NCBI GenBank assembly: GCA_965262115.1
Contig: OZ253496.1
Coordinates: 832,001 to 896,000 of the forward strand
Direction of reading: 5' to 3'
DNA from: Nitrospinales bacterium
GTDB taxonomy: Bacteria; Nitrospinota; Nitrospinia; Nitrospinales; VA-1
Length of the DNA: 64,000 nucleotides
The notes under the pieces are model-generated. The model saw only the letters and a program-made list of their open reading frames with translations, was not told the origin of the DNA and did no database searches. This document shows, piece after piece, positions 9,446 to 18,583 of this stretch. How positions within the stretch are numbered: position 1 is the stretch's first letter; the number at the start of each line of letters is the position of its first letter. Made by a program: the position numbers and the translations under genes.

Positions 9446-10774
9446 TCACAGCACCTTTCTCAAATCCAACATCGCTTTTCCTTTGAAAGTTGCAACGAGA
9501 AGTTGTGACAGAAACTTCAAACAAACCACTCTTTTGGCAGGCAGGATATCTCCGATCACACCTACCAGGGTTTCAGCGAGAACCCGATTTGCAGAAAGGC
9601 TTTTAATCACCCGGTCACATAAAACCCGGTTATAAATCAGCCCTTGAAGAATCCGGCTCAACAAAAACTTGCCGCCAAACTCTTGCTTTCGCCTCTCGTC
9701 ATAAACGGAGAGAAAATTCCTGGAAAAATTTGAATTTTGAAATCCAGAGTGGATCACCTCACCTGCCAGCTGAGAGCTTCTCAATGACAGATAAATACCT
9801 TCACCGGTAAACGGATCGATAAAGCCTGTCGCATCCCCGACCAACATCAGTCCGCCACAAGGAACCGGCTTAACCGCAAATGCCAAAGACTCCACCGAAC
9901 GCACAGGTTCCACCCGCTCCCCACCCTCAAGCATTTTACGGCGACGGGAGTTCTGCATCAGCACGCGATGATAAAACGCTTCCGGCTTATCACCACCAAG
10001 AGCAGAACCCTCCACCACTCGCCGTGGGGGCAACTGACTCATGCCGGGTAGCACCTTCTGGTTCTGGTTCAAGCTTTTTTCCCGAGCCTCTACCACCAGC
10101 ACCACATTGGCCCGACCGTTTCCGACAGAAGATATTCCCGTATAGCCCGGACGGCTGACATGCATATAACAATAGTCTTGCGGCAAACACACGCCCTGCC
10201 AATGCGCGGAAAAAGCAATTTTCGAATTGCCTTTGGGTTCCCGCTTTAAATTAAATTTCCTCAAAGAGACCGCATTGCGTCCCCCGGCATCCACCACCAG
10301 TTTGCCATTCAGGGAAAAGGAGGTTTTCGTTTCATCCCAGCCCTTCACCCCAACAACACATCCATCATCGAAAATGAAATCTGTTATTTTATGCTGCTCA
10401 AAAACTTTCACCCCAGCACTTTGAACCTGCTTCAAAAATAGCGCGTCCAACTGGTAACGCGGCACCGACAAACTGGTCAGGCTCAATCCCGTCTCTGTTG
10501 AAGTAGGGTAGTCAATTTCCAACTCCGCGCTTTCATAAGACGAGATCGCTACACCTTTTAGCCGTTTAGGCGACAAAGCCTCTATGGAACTGAGCACGCC
10601 CAACTGCTCAAGAATCGGGTCGGCACCCGGACTGATGAACTCCCCACACACCTTGTCGCGGGGGAATTTTGCCTGATCCAAAAGCGCCACGTCATAACCA
10701 CGACGGTTAAGGTCCAACGCCATGGCGCAACCTGCCGGCCCGCCACCAATGACCAGGACATCGTAGGAATTCAT
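9446..10774 (-). CDS. NAD(P)/FAD-dependent oxidoreductase (geranylgeranyl reductase-like) with a 26-aa in-frame insertion
   Basis: GGGPAG, FPRDKVCGE, LVGDATGFIDPFTGEGI. Confidence 0.9.
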   Translation of the reverse strand: MNSYDVLVIGGGPAGCAMALDLNRRGYDVALLDQAKFPRDKVCGEFISPGADPILEQLGVLSSIEALSPKRLKGVAISSYESAELEIDYPTSTETGLSLTSLSVPRYQLDALFLKQVQSAGVKVFEQHKITDFIFDDGCVVGVKGWDETKTSFSLNGKLVVDAGGRNAVSLRKFNLKREPKGNSKIAFSAHWQGVCLPQDYCYMHVSRPGYTGISSVGNGRANVVLVVEAREKSLNQNQKVLPGMSQLPPRRVVEGSALGGDKPEAFYHRVLMQNSRRRKMLEGGERVEPVRSVESLAFAVKPVPCGGLMLVGDATGFIDPFTGEGIYLSLRSSQLAGEVIHSGFQNSNFSRNFLSVYDERRKQEFGGKFLLSRILQGLIYNRVLCDRVIKSLSANRVLAETLVGVIGDILPAKRVVCLKFLSQLLVATFKGKAMLDLRKVL

Positions 10775-11553
10775 GGTCGGTCCTTTCGGCTAACCAAAGC
10801 AATACGGTAAGGAAAGTGGCGGTAGATTTCAAAAGGATCTATTTCCGCCTCTCGGGCTAACTCACGAAACTCGTCGGGCGTGAAAGCGTTCATCACCGAA
10901 ACTGGCGCGTCATAACGGGTCAACCGGTTGCGGGTAAAGATTCGGGTCAACAAAAAAATCGCGGCATGCGCCACCCGACTGCGGTGCAGATCATTGACCA
11001 CCACCCCCAACCGCCCGGCCCTATAAATCGCCCGTAAAATCGCTACCGCCTTCTCCCAACTGAAATGATGCAGGGACAAAGAGTTGACCGCCAAATCGAA
11101 TCCGCCTTCTCGGAATGGCAACGAAAGAACATCGCACTGCACCAACTGGATTTCTGGATAAGAGGCAATCTCCTCCCGGGCCAGTTTCAGCATCTTGGCG
11201 TTGATATCAATAGCAGTGATATGGATCGGCACCCCCAAACGGCGCGCCAGCTGGACCAGCGCCACCGGCTGGTCGGCAGACCCGGTGGCCGCGTCCAGCA
11301 CCCTGAACGGACGATCCGCTTTATGGGATTTCAAGAAAGGCTCCACATGCCGAAGCAGAACCCGGTATCCGCTCAAATAACGGTTGACCGTGGCAACATC
11401 CTGCAGACTGTCCCGGACCTCTTCATAAGGCGCTTCGTCCAAGTCCAGCAATTCATCTCTGAGGTTTCGGGGAGGAAAAAAAGCACTCGGCGTGCAGCCG
11501 GTGAGCAATCGCTTTATCTTGTGGGCAAACGTCATCTCGGCTTTATGAGCCAT
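10771..11553 (-). CDS. SAM-dependent methyltransferase domain protein
   Basis: ELLD, VLDAATGSAD, SLSLHHF, VNDLHRS, RYDAPVSV; overlaps the oxidoreductase start (ATGA). Confidence 0.85.
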   Translation of the reverse strand: MAHKAEMTFAHKIKRLLTGCTPSAFFPPRNLRDELLDLDEAPYEEVRDSLQDVATVNRYLSGYRVLLRHVEPFLKSHKADRPFRVLDAATGSADQPVALVQLARRLGVPIHITAIDINAKMLKLAREEIASYPEIQLVQCDVLSLPFREGGFDLAVNSLSLHHFSWEKAVAILRAIYRAGRLGVVVNDLHRSRVAHAAIFLLTRIFTRNRLTRYDAPVSVMNAFTPDEFRELAREAEIDPFEIYRHFPYRIALVSRKDRP

Positions 11554-11650
11554 TGCTATCTGCCTCTACGGCTATTGGGCGGACCCCGCCGCCGTGGGAA
11601 GGAAATAGAAAGAACTTGTTCAGCCGAGCTAACTCTTTGCTAGCTTGACA

Positions 11651-11681
11651 GGCTATTGCTAGCTGGCCCCACGCCTAGTGG
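11651..11681 (-). repeat. Module A repeat supplying the fxsA stop codon
   Basis: CCACTAGGCGTGGGGCCAGCTAGCAATAGCC; its TAG is the fxsA stop. Confidence 0.8.
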
Positions 11682-12088
11682 TCTTTGAAGAAGAAGTACG
11701 GTTGTCCTGATTGAATTCTATCCTTGGTAATGTCTAAAGCAATTTGCTTGAAGATTCCACGGGTGAGCGGAGTCATGATGAGGAGTCCAATCATATCCGT
11801 CACCACGCCGGGAGTGATGAGGAGCATGCTGGCCACCCCCATCACCGCGCCGTTCAGGGCCTCGTCACCGGGGGCTTCGCGCGACTTGAGTTGTCTCTGC
11901 ATTTTCTCAAAGACCTCTTTGCCATAACTGCGGCTGACAACAATTCCCACCAGAAAAGTGAACATGATCAATGAAACTGTGTTGAGAATACTGATCGCGT
12001 CGCTCAAATATTTCAATCCATAAAGTTCGATCCCTGTACCCAGGGCAAAAACAGCCGTCACCGGTAAAGACATTTCAAATACCTGCAA
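11675..12088 (-). CDS. fxsA: FxsA family membrane protein
   Basis: LLITPGVVTDMIGLL motif; TM helices. Confidence 0.85.
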   Translation of the reverse strand: MQVFEMSLPVTAVFALGTGIELYGLKYLSDAISILNTVSLIMFTFLVGIVVSRSYGKEVFEKMQRQLKSREAPGDEALNGAVMGVASMLLITPGVVTDMIGLLIMTPLTRGIFKQIALDITKDRIQSGQPYFFFKDH

Positions 12089-12338
12089 ATAGTTAAACGA
12101 GTAAATATAAAGGCCTTAACCATAGCATGGCCAAAGATTCCCGGAAAGTAAAAATCCGGCAAAGTTCGAAAACTTTTTTTACCCCTGTTGACTCTGATTT
12201 ATCAAGAAATAAGAAGCTTTCATGAGCATAAACAAGGGTGTAACCCTTCCCATTACCTTGTATTTTAGCTATACTCCCATTGATATTTCTCGGTAAAGGA
12301 ATCCAGCCCCCCACAAGGTTAGCGGAGAACCTCCGCTA

Positions 12339-12484
12339 CGTCATCGCGAGCGACTGTGTGAAATTCTTCATTTGCCTTCACGCCCCAAAGGGGTAAAAGG
12401 AGCGCGGCGATCCAGTCTCTCTTGCTTTATCGAGGCTAAGGAAAAATATCACGCCTTCATCGCCAGAGGCTCTTCGCAATGACG
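12339..12484. repeat. Long palindromic element (CGTCATCGCGAG...CGCAATGACG) carrying a nested 39-bp module B
   Basis: Left arm is the reverse complement of 47591..47628, except for one mismatch and an insertion at 12357..12395. Confidence 0.8.
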
Positions 12485-12506
12485 ATTCATAAAAGTCTTC
12501 TCCTGA

Positions 12507-13319
12507 TCACCGGCTATTCTGAGCCTGCAAAAGATAATCGACAATACGCTCCAGTTTTCCCTCGGTGACGAACTGTTCAACATCCTGTTTATCTGCATTG
12601 TCTTTATGATGAAATTTTGGAAAGTCCGCCAAAAACCTTTTTCGATCTGAGTCAATCGCAAAGGTGTACTCCTGTAGGAGTCGTACTCCTTTATTGCCGC
12701 CCCTGCCTTTTAAGGAATGGCAGAACAGGCAGTTGTTTTTGAAAACTTCCAATCCCTCTCGAACCTGCGGCGAATCCCCGGCGATTTTTTCCAGCGGTGC
12801 ATAGTAGTCGTTGAGCCGGACGAACTTCAACTCGCGAATGTTCGCCGTCATGAAGCGCTCCTGAAACGGCGGTCGTTTTCCATCCGGCACTAAAATAAGG
12901 AGCGGATTCAACCAGTCCGGCCTGGAACTCGTTTTTATCTTTGTCGCGAGGCGCAGATCATAACGATAAACATCATCGAGAGATAAAATCCCCTGATAGT
13001 CATCAAAGCAGTTCAACAACACGGCATCTTCGCCGCGTTTCAAGGCAAACCCTTTCACCAACCGAGAAAAGGATATGGCCGAAAACCGCGAGTCACTCAT
13101 GTGCATGGCCCGGTCAAAATATTCGCTGGAAATTTCCCGCGACCCTAAGGACTCCAGTTTCGGTGCGGTCCAGATTTCCGAAACCATCTGACCTGCGGAA
13201 TCGGCATGGGTGATGCGAAAAATCCTCTGCTCCCCCAGCTCCGGCTTTTCCGGAGCGGAGCAGGCTGAAACCCAGATCCCGGTGAGCAGGGCCAAAAACC
13301 CGCAAAATATTTGTTTCAT
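12507..13319 (-). CDS. Lipoprotein with C-terminal c-type cytochrome domain
   Basis: Lipobox VSAC; heme motif CLFCH. Confidence 0.8.
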   Translation of the reverse strand: MKQIFCGFLALLTGIWVSACSAPEKPELGEQRIFRITHADSAGQMVSEIWTAPKLESLGSREISSEYFDRAMHMSDSRFSAISFSRLVKGFALKRGEDAVLLNCFDDYQGILSLDDVYRYDLRLATKIKTSSRPDWLNPLLILVPDGKRPPFQERFMTANIRELKFVRLNDYYAPLEKIAGDSPQVREGLEVFKNNCLFCHSLKGRGGNKGVRLLQEYTFAIDSDRKRFLADFPKFHHKDNADKQDVEQFVTEGKLERIVDYLLQAQNSR

Positions 13320-13403
13320 TGGGGAAAACCCTCTATAATGGGGAAAATATTTTATCAACTGCTAATTTTTATCAGGAAAAGGCCGTCTGGCCCCTAATTT
13401 AAC

Positions 13404-14744
13404 ATGGAAACGAGCCCCACTTTAGAATTCAGCCCGGAAAAAATGGACTTCCGCGCTTACTCAATATCCTGGAACCTCACCAAGCGGTGCAACCTCAATT
13501 GTGACCACTGCTATCTTGACGCCGACTTTCGCGGTGGCCTCAAAACCGATGAACTCAACACCGAAGAATGTTTCCGGGTCATCGACCAAATCGCGGAAGT
13601 TAATCCTAACGCGTTTCTGATCCTAACCGGTGGCGAACCACTACTTCGTCCCGACATCTACGAAATCATCCGCTACGCTGCCGACAGAAAATTCATGGTT
13701 GTGCTGGGCACCAACGGCACCATGATCAATCGTGTCAACGCCGAAAAAATAAAAGCCGCAGGAGCCCACGGTGTAGGAATCAGTATCGACTCGATGAATC
13801 CGGACAAACATAACAAGTTTCGCGGAGTGGAAAAAGCCTGGGAACTTTCCATGGCCGCCTTCGATATTCTGAACGAAGTGGGTGTCGACTTTCTCGTGCA
13901 GATGTCAGTCTCGGATATGAACTATAAGGAAATCCCTGAGGTGGTCGAGTTCACCGAAAAAATTGGTGCCATCGCTTTCAATTTGTATTTTCTGGTCTGC
14001 ACCGGACGCGGACAAGGCAACACCGATATTTCCAACGCCGCTTATGAAGAAGCTTTGAAAATGTTGTATGAGCAGCAGATGAAATATAAAGGAAAGTTGA
14101 TGATCAACTCCAAATGCGCCCCGCAGTACAAGCGCGTGGTTTACGAGAATGATCCCGAATCGGTTTACACCCGCACCTATTCCGGCGGCTGCCCTGCGGC
14201 CACGCATTACAGCCGCATTTCACCGGAAGGCAACCTGACCCCCTGCCCCTTCATCGAAGAGTCAGTGGGCAATTTGAAATCCAGAACATTTAAAGACCTG
14301 TGGGAAAACGCGCCGTTGATGATCAAGTTGCGCGACCGCAAACAACTTGAAGGCAAATGCGGCACCTGTGAATTCTCCACCATGTGTTCCGGCTGTAGGG
14401 CACGAGCTTTTGCCGAAACCGGAAACTATATGGACCCGGACCCCTCCTGCGATTACGAACCGGGAAAATATGGCGGCAAAGCCATCACCCTAAAAGTCGA
14501 AGACACACTTGGACTCGAAGTCGAGTTCCAGATCCAATGGACCCCGGAAGCCAAAGGCCGACTCGACCGAATTCCCTCTTTCGCCCGCGGTATGGTGGTG
14601 AAAGGTATCGAGAAATTTGCCGCCGAACGCGACATCCGCCTCATCGACGAAGCAGTGGTGAAAAAATCACGCGAAGAAATGATCGAGAAACGCGGCGCCA
14701 TGTTCCCCTTCCTGAAAAAATTCATCAACTCGGAAAATCAATAG
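13404..14744 (+). CDS. Radical SAM/SPASM protein, AhbD/NirJ-like, with C-terminal PCP-reductase-like domain
   Basis: WNLTKRCNLNCDHCY, LTGGEP, GRG, SPASM cysteines CGTCEF..CSGCRARA; tail WTPEAKGRLDRIPSFARGMV. Confidence 0.85.
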   Translation: METSPTLEFSPEKMDFRAYSISWNLTKRCNLNCDHCYLDADFRGGLKTDELNTEECFRVIDQIAEVNPNAFLILTGGEPLLRPDIYEIIRYAADRKFMVVLGTNGTMINRVNAEKIKAAGAHGVGISIDSMNPDKHNKFRGVEKAWELSMAAFDILNEVGVDFLVQMSVSDMNYKEIPEVVEFTEKIGAIAFNLYFLVCTGRGQGNTDISNAAYEEALKMLYEQQMKYKGKLMINSKCAPQYKRVVYENDPESVYTRTYSGGCPAATHYSRISPEGNLTPCPFIEESVGNLKSRTFKDLWENAPLMIKLRDRKQLEGKCGTCEFSTMCSGCRARAFAETGNYMDPDPSCDYEPGKYGGKAITLKVEDTLGLEVEFQIQWTPEAKGRLDRIPSFARGMVVKGIEKFAAERDIRLIDEAVVKKSREEMIEKRGAMFPFLKKFINSENQ

Positions 14745-14747
14745 CCG

Positions 14748-14823
14748 CCACTAGGCGTGGGGCCAGCGTGTCGCCCGTGGCCGTGATATTCTTCCTAAGC
14801 TCTCGTGCCCCGAAGGGGTAAAA
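14748..14823 (+). repeat. Composite repeat, modules A+B
   Basis: CCACTAGGCGTGGGGCCAGC...GTGATAT...GTGCCCCGAAGGGGTA; similar copy at 35207. Confidence 0.85.
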
Positions 14824-14866
14824 CGCTCCGCGAGCCACTAGCAGATCATACTTTGCCACCGGTGGA

Positions 14867-15250
14867 TCACCGGTTTTTATAAAGATCTCCAACACGGAAA
14901 CCGCCGCGGTCTTCCTGATCAATGCTGCTCTGGCGGGTGTCTTCCACATCGAGTTTGCCAAGAGCTTCCGACACTTCGACCTGGTAGTTTTTGACCTTTC
15001 GATAAAGGGGGTGGGTAATATCGAGTTTCAGGTTGGTGAGCGCGGCAGTGAACTCGCCTTTCCCATCCGGACTCAGTTTGCAGACCAGTTCGCCGGAATT
15101 GTCATCGCGGTAAACATCGATCACTTCAAGCGGGGTTTTATTTTTGACCGGGAACCCCATTTCCCGGAGCAAGGTCAACACAGCTCCGCGCCCATAAACA
15201 CGAAGTGGCAGGTGCGGTAAAAGTTCGTTTAACAAAGACTGTGCGCTCAA
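14867..15250 (-). CDS. Hypothetical protein
   Basis: 127-aa ORF with AAGGA upstream of a TTG start. Confidence 0.65.
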   Translation of the reverse strand: MSAQSLLNELLPHLPLRVYGRGAVLTLLREMGFPVKNKTPLEVIDVYRDDNSGELVCKLSPDGKGEFTAALTNLKLDITHPLYRKVKNYQVEVSEALGKLDVEDTRQSSIDQEDRGGFRVGDLYKNR

Positions 15251-15348
15251 AATCTATTCCTTCCCAATGAGGACCAACTATTGAGACCAGTATATACGCC
15301 CACTCGGCGTGGGGCCAGCTAATCCTCTAGCGAGGGAGGCAGATAACA

Positions 15349-15700
15349 ATGACTTGGTGGACCAAGATACATCCTTGAGCGCAGAAAAAAGCCAGGGTCA
15401 GTGGGTGGTTCGTTACGCCGTATTGGGGGGCTCTGCTCGGGTTCCTTTGCATGACAAGGGTGATCAATATTGCGTTTTTTGCCCTGTTTGCGGTGGACCT
15501 GTTATGGAGTTTTCGCGCAGACTTGAAATCAGCGGCCACTGTTAAAAAAATAACCGTACTGGGCGTGGCTATGCTGGGCGGATTTTCCTTGGTCATGCTT
15601 CCCTAAATAGTGTGTTGGTACCAGTTAAACGGGGTGCCTTTTCCGCCGCGGCATATGAAATTTGCCGTCGAGGGGTTATCTGGTACAGTCCCAAAAGTTA
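15349..15700 (+). pseudogene. Fragment of a polytopic membrane protein (possibly a GT-C glycosyltransferase)
   Basis: One frame reads WGALLGFLCMTRVINIAFF...SLVMLP*IVCWYQLNGVPF, with in-frame stops at 15376 and 15604. Confidence 0.5.
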
Positions 15701-15741
15701 TCTTATGCGGGTTCAGGTTTGTAATCTTGATCTTGTGAAAT

Positions 15742-15924
15742 GGTAGACGCCAAACCTTTTGTTTCTACCTGGCAATGGAGCCTCCCACAGGAGGCTCCAT
15801 TGATCTGCCCTGCACTTACCTCAATCTGTCGTTCAACAACGCAATTCGTGCACTTCTGTCCAGGTGATACCCTTCCATTTCTGCAGTTTTCTAACTGGAC
15901 ACTACTGAGCTCATACAGGGCAAA
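15742..15924 (-). ncRNA. Candidate structured RNA, family unknown
   Basis: 12-bp closing stem (15804-15815 with 15913-15924), internal stems, and two adjacent hairpins; G-U pairs favour the minus strand. Confidence 0.35.
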
Positions 15925-15936
15925 AACCCCATAAAG

Positions 15937-15968
15937 TGCTTGAAATCAGGGCCAATCTCAAGCATAGT
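15937..15968 (+). promoter_or_regulatory. Putative cysK promoter overlapped by an inverted repeat
   Basis: TTGAAA-17 bp-CATAGT; TGCTTGA...TCAAGCA dyad. Confidence 0.5.
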
Positions 15969-16075
15969 GGGTGTTCTTTTATTCTACAATTCCCTTTCGT
16001 GCGCATTTGTCTCCTGGCATGCGCAGGGGCCATTCCAAAGGAAGCGGATTAGGACACCAGATTCCCGGGGTTGAA

Positions 16076-17002
16076 ATGATTAAATCCAAATTTGTGAATA
16101 GTTTAGAGTTGATCGGTGGCACCCCTTTGGTTAAACTGAACAACGTTATCCCTTCAAATGGCGCCAATATTTTCGCTAAGCTGGAATTCTTCAATCCAGG
16201 GGGCAGTGTCAAGGATCGTATCGCACTGGCCATGGTGAAAGATGCAGAAAAAAAGGGCCTGCTGAAACCCGGTTCCACGATCATTGAACCCACAAGTGGA
16301 AATACAGGGATCGGCCTCGCTCTGGTGGGTGCCATAAAGGGCTACAATGTCATACTGGTCATGTCTGAGAACATGAGCTCCGAACGAAGGATGATTCTGG
16401 AAAGTTTTGGCGCAAAAACTGAATTGAGCCGCGCCGAATTCGGGATGGAAGGCACCATCCAGAGGGCAGAAGAAATGCTGGCTGAAAATCCGGGTTATTT
16501 CATGCCCCAGCAGTTCAACAACCCCGCCAACCCGGAAGTGCATCGGCAAACAACCGGACCAGAAATCGTTGCCGCCATGAATGGTGAATCGGTTGACGGT
16601 TTTGTGGCCGGCATTGGAACCGGGGGAACCATCACCGGAGCTGGGGAAGTCTTAAAACAACATTATGAGCAGGTTAAAGTGGTAGGTGTCGAACCGGCAA
16701 CCTCGGCAGTGTTATCGGGAAAGCCACCCGGCCCCCACAAAATCCAGGGAATTGGCGCAGGGTTTAAACCCAATGTTCTGAACTTTGATCTGCTGGATCG
16801 CATTTTGCCTGTTTCCGATGAGGACGCCTTTCTATTTGCCAAGAGGCTTGGGAAAGAAGAAGGTCTTCTCGCTGGCATTTCTTCCGGAGCCGCATGTTTT
16901 GCCGCCAATGAAGTGGCCAAAGAGTTAGGCCCCGACAAAAATGTGGTTGTGGTTTTACCAGATACGGGCGAACGCTATCTCAGTTTTAATCAGTACTTCT
17001 AA
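16076..17002 (+). CDS. cysK: Cysteine synthase A
   Basis: NPGGSVKDR, EPTSGNTG, GIGTGGT, HKIQGIG. Confidence 0.95.
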   Translation: MIKSKFVNSLELIGGTPLVKLNNVIPSNGANIFAKLEFFNPGGSVKDRIALAMVKDAEKKGLLKPGSTIIEPTSGNTGIGLALVGAIKGYNVILVMSENMSSERRMILESFGAKTELSRAEFGMEGTIQRAEEMLAENPGYFMPQQFNNPANPEVHRQTTGPEIVAAMNGESVDGFVAGIGTGGTITGAGEVLKQHYEQVKVVGVEPATSAVLSGKPPGPHKIQGIGAGFKPNVLNFDLLDRILPVSDEDAFLFAKRLGKEEGLLAGISSGAACFAANEVAKELGPDKNVVVVLPDTGERYLSFNQYF

Positions 17003-17050
17003 AATAAACAGGATTTTGTTTTCCTGTAAAAAAACTAAGGGAATGTTGGA

Positions 17051-18289
17051 ATGGGTTATGTTAAAGGATTAATCTGTAAAGAATGCAAAAAAGAGTATCC
17101 CAAAGACCCGATTCACGTTTGTGAATTCTGTTTTGGGCCTCTGGAAGTCGATTACGATTACGAAGCCATCAAAAAGGTCGTGACCAAAAAGTCCATTGAG
17201 TCCGGCCCGCCCTCCATGTGGCGCTATGAGGCCCTTTTGCCTCTGGATGAGCCCCCCAAAGTAGGTCATCACACCGGTTTCACCCCTTTAATCAGGGCGA
17301 AGAACCTGGGCAAGGCATTGGGACTGAAACATCTTTATCTGAAAAACGACTCCGTCAATCATCCCACTTTTTCTTTTAAGGATCGGGTTGTTTCGGTAGC
17401 GGTTTCCAAAGCCATAGAGTTTGGGTTCGACACCATTTCCTGCGCCTCCACAGGTAATTTGGCAAACTCAGTGGCCGCCCATGCGGCGGAAGCCGGCCTG
17501 AAAAGTTGCATCTTCATTCCAGATGGATTGGAAGCAGGAAAAATTCTTGGGACTTTGATTTACGGAACGCAGTTGATTGCCGTCAAGGGCAGTTATGATG
17601 ACGTGAACCGGCTTTGCAGTGAAATTGGAGCCAACCATGACTGGGCCTTCGTGAATATTAACATCCGGCCTTATTATGGCGATGGGTCTAAATCTTACGG
17701 TTATGAAATTGCCGAGCAACTGGGCTGGAAAACACCGGACAATGTTGTGGTTCCCGTGGCAGGCAGTTCGCTGATCACAAAAATATGGAAAGCTTTTCAT
17801 GAGTTTGAAATGCTGGGGCTGGTCGATAAGGTACAAACCAAAATTTTTGCGGCCCAGGCCACTGGCTGTTCCCCCGTCACCACAGCCATAAAAAATGGCA
17901 GTGAAAACATCATACCGGTCAAGCCGAATACCATTGCCAAGTCCATCGCCATTGGAAATCCGGCAGATGGGTACTACGGGATCAAAACCGCAAACACCAG
18001 CGGTGGCTACGGAGAAGACATCTCTGACGAAGAGGTGGTCACTGCTATGAGACTGCTGGCCGAGACCGAAGGCGTATTCACGGAAACTGCAGGAGGCGTT
18101 ACTGTAGGCGTCACGCAAAAACTGATCCAGCAAGGCCGGATCAAACCAGATGAAGTAACCGTCATTTGTATTACCGGCAACGGATTAAAAACCCAGGAAG
18201 CTCTGGCAGGTTGTTTTCCAGCGCCTACGGTGATCGAACCTAAAATAGATAGTTTTGAAGAAATTTTTGCCAACGGTTTAACAGTTTAA
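17051..18289 (+). CDS. thrC: Threonine synthase family PLP enzyme
   Basis: N-terminal CxxC...CxxC, HPTFSFKDR, CASTGN, ITGNGLK. Confidence 0.9.
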   Translation: MGYVKGLICKECKKEYPKDPIHVCEFCFGPLEVDYDYEAIKKVVTKKSIESGPPSMWRYEALLPLDEPPKVGHHTGFTPLIRAKNLGKALGLKHLYLKNDSVNHPTFSFKDRVVSVAVSKAIEFGFDTISCASTGNLANSVAAHAAEAGLKSCIFIPDGLEAGKILGTLIYGTQLIAVKGSYDDVNRLCSEIGANHDWAFVNINIRPYYGDGSKSYGYEIAEQLGWKTPDNVVVPVAGSSLITKIWKAFHEFEMLGLVDKVQTKIFAAQATGCSPVTTAIKNGSENIIPVKPNTIAKSIAIGNPADGYYGIKTANTSGGYGEDISDEEVVTAMRLLAETEGVFTETAGGVTVGVTQKLIQQGRIKPDEVTVICITGNGLKTQEALAGCFPAPTVIEPKIDSFEEIFANGLTV

Positions 18290-18301
18290 AAGGAGCAAAG
18301 C

Positions 18302-18583
18302 ATGGCAGTAAAAGTAAGAGTACCCACCCCGTTAATGAAGTTGACCAATAACAAGAGCGAGGTGACGGCAGAAGGCGCCACCATCAGCGAAATTCTCAAC
18401 AATCTGGAAAGCCAGTTTGCTGGAATTAAAGAGCGCATTTGCGAAGAAAGCGGCGCTCCCCGGCGTTTCATTAATATCTATTTGAACGAAGAAGACATCC
18501 GGTTTCTTGAGGGCGAAAGCACCGCTGTTAAAGATGGCGATGAAATCTCTATCATACCGGCAATAGCGGGCGGCACTAGATGA
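18302..18583 (+). CDS. Ubiquitin-like sulfur carrier protein (MoaD/ThiS/CysO family)
   Basis: VRVPTPL...IYLNEEDIRF...IIPAIAGG-TR. Confidence 0.9.
   Translation: MAVKVRVPTPLMKLTNNKSEVTAEGATISEILNNLESQFAGIKERICEESGAPRRFINIYLNEEDIRFLEGESTAVKDGDEISIIPAIAGGTR

Noticed and set aside
15773..15802. 13-bp hairpin as an intrinsic terminator
   Set aside because: No U tract on either strand; kept as part of the RNA candidate
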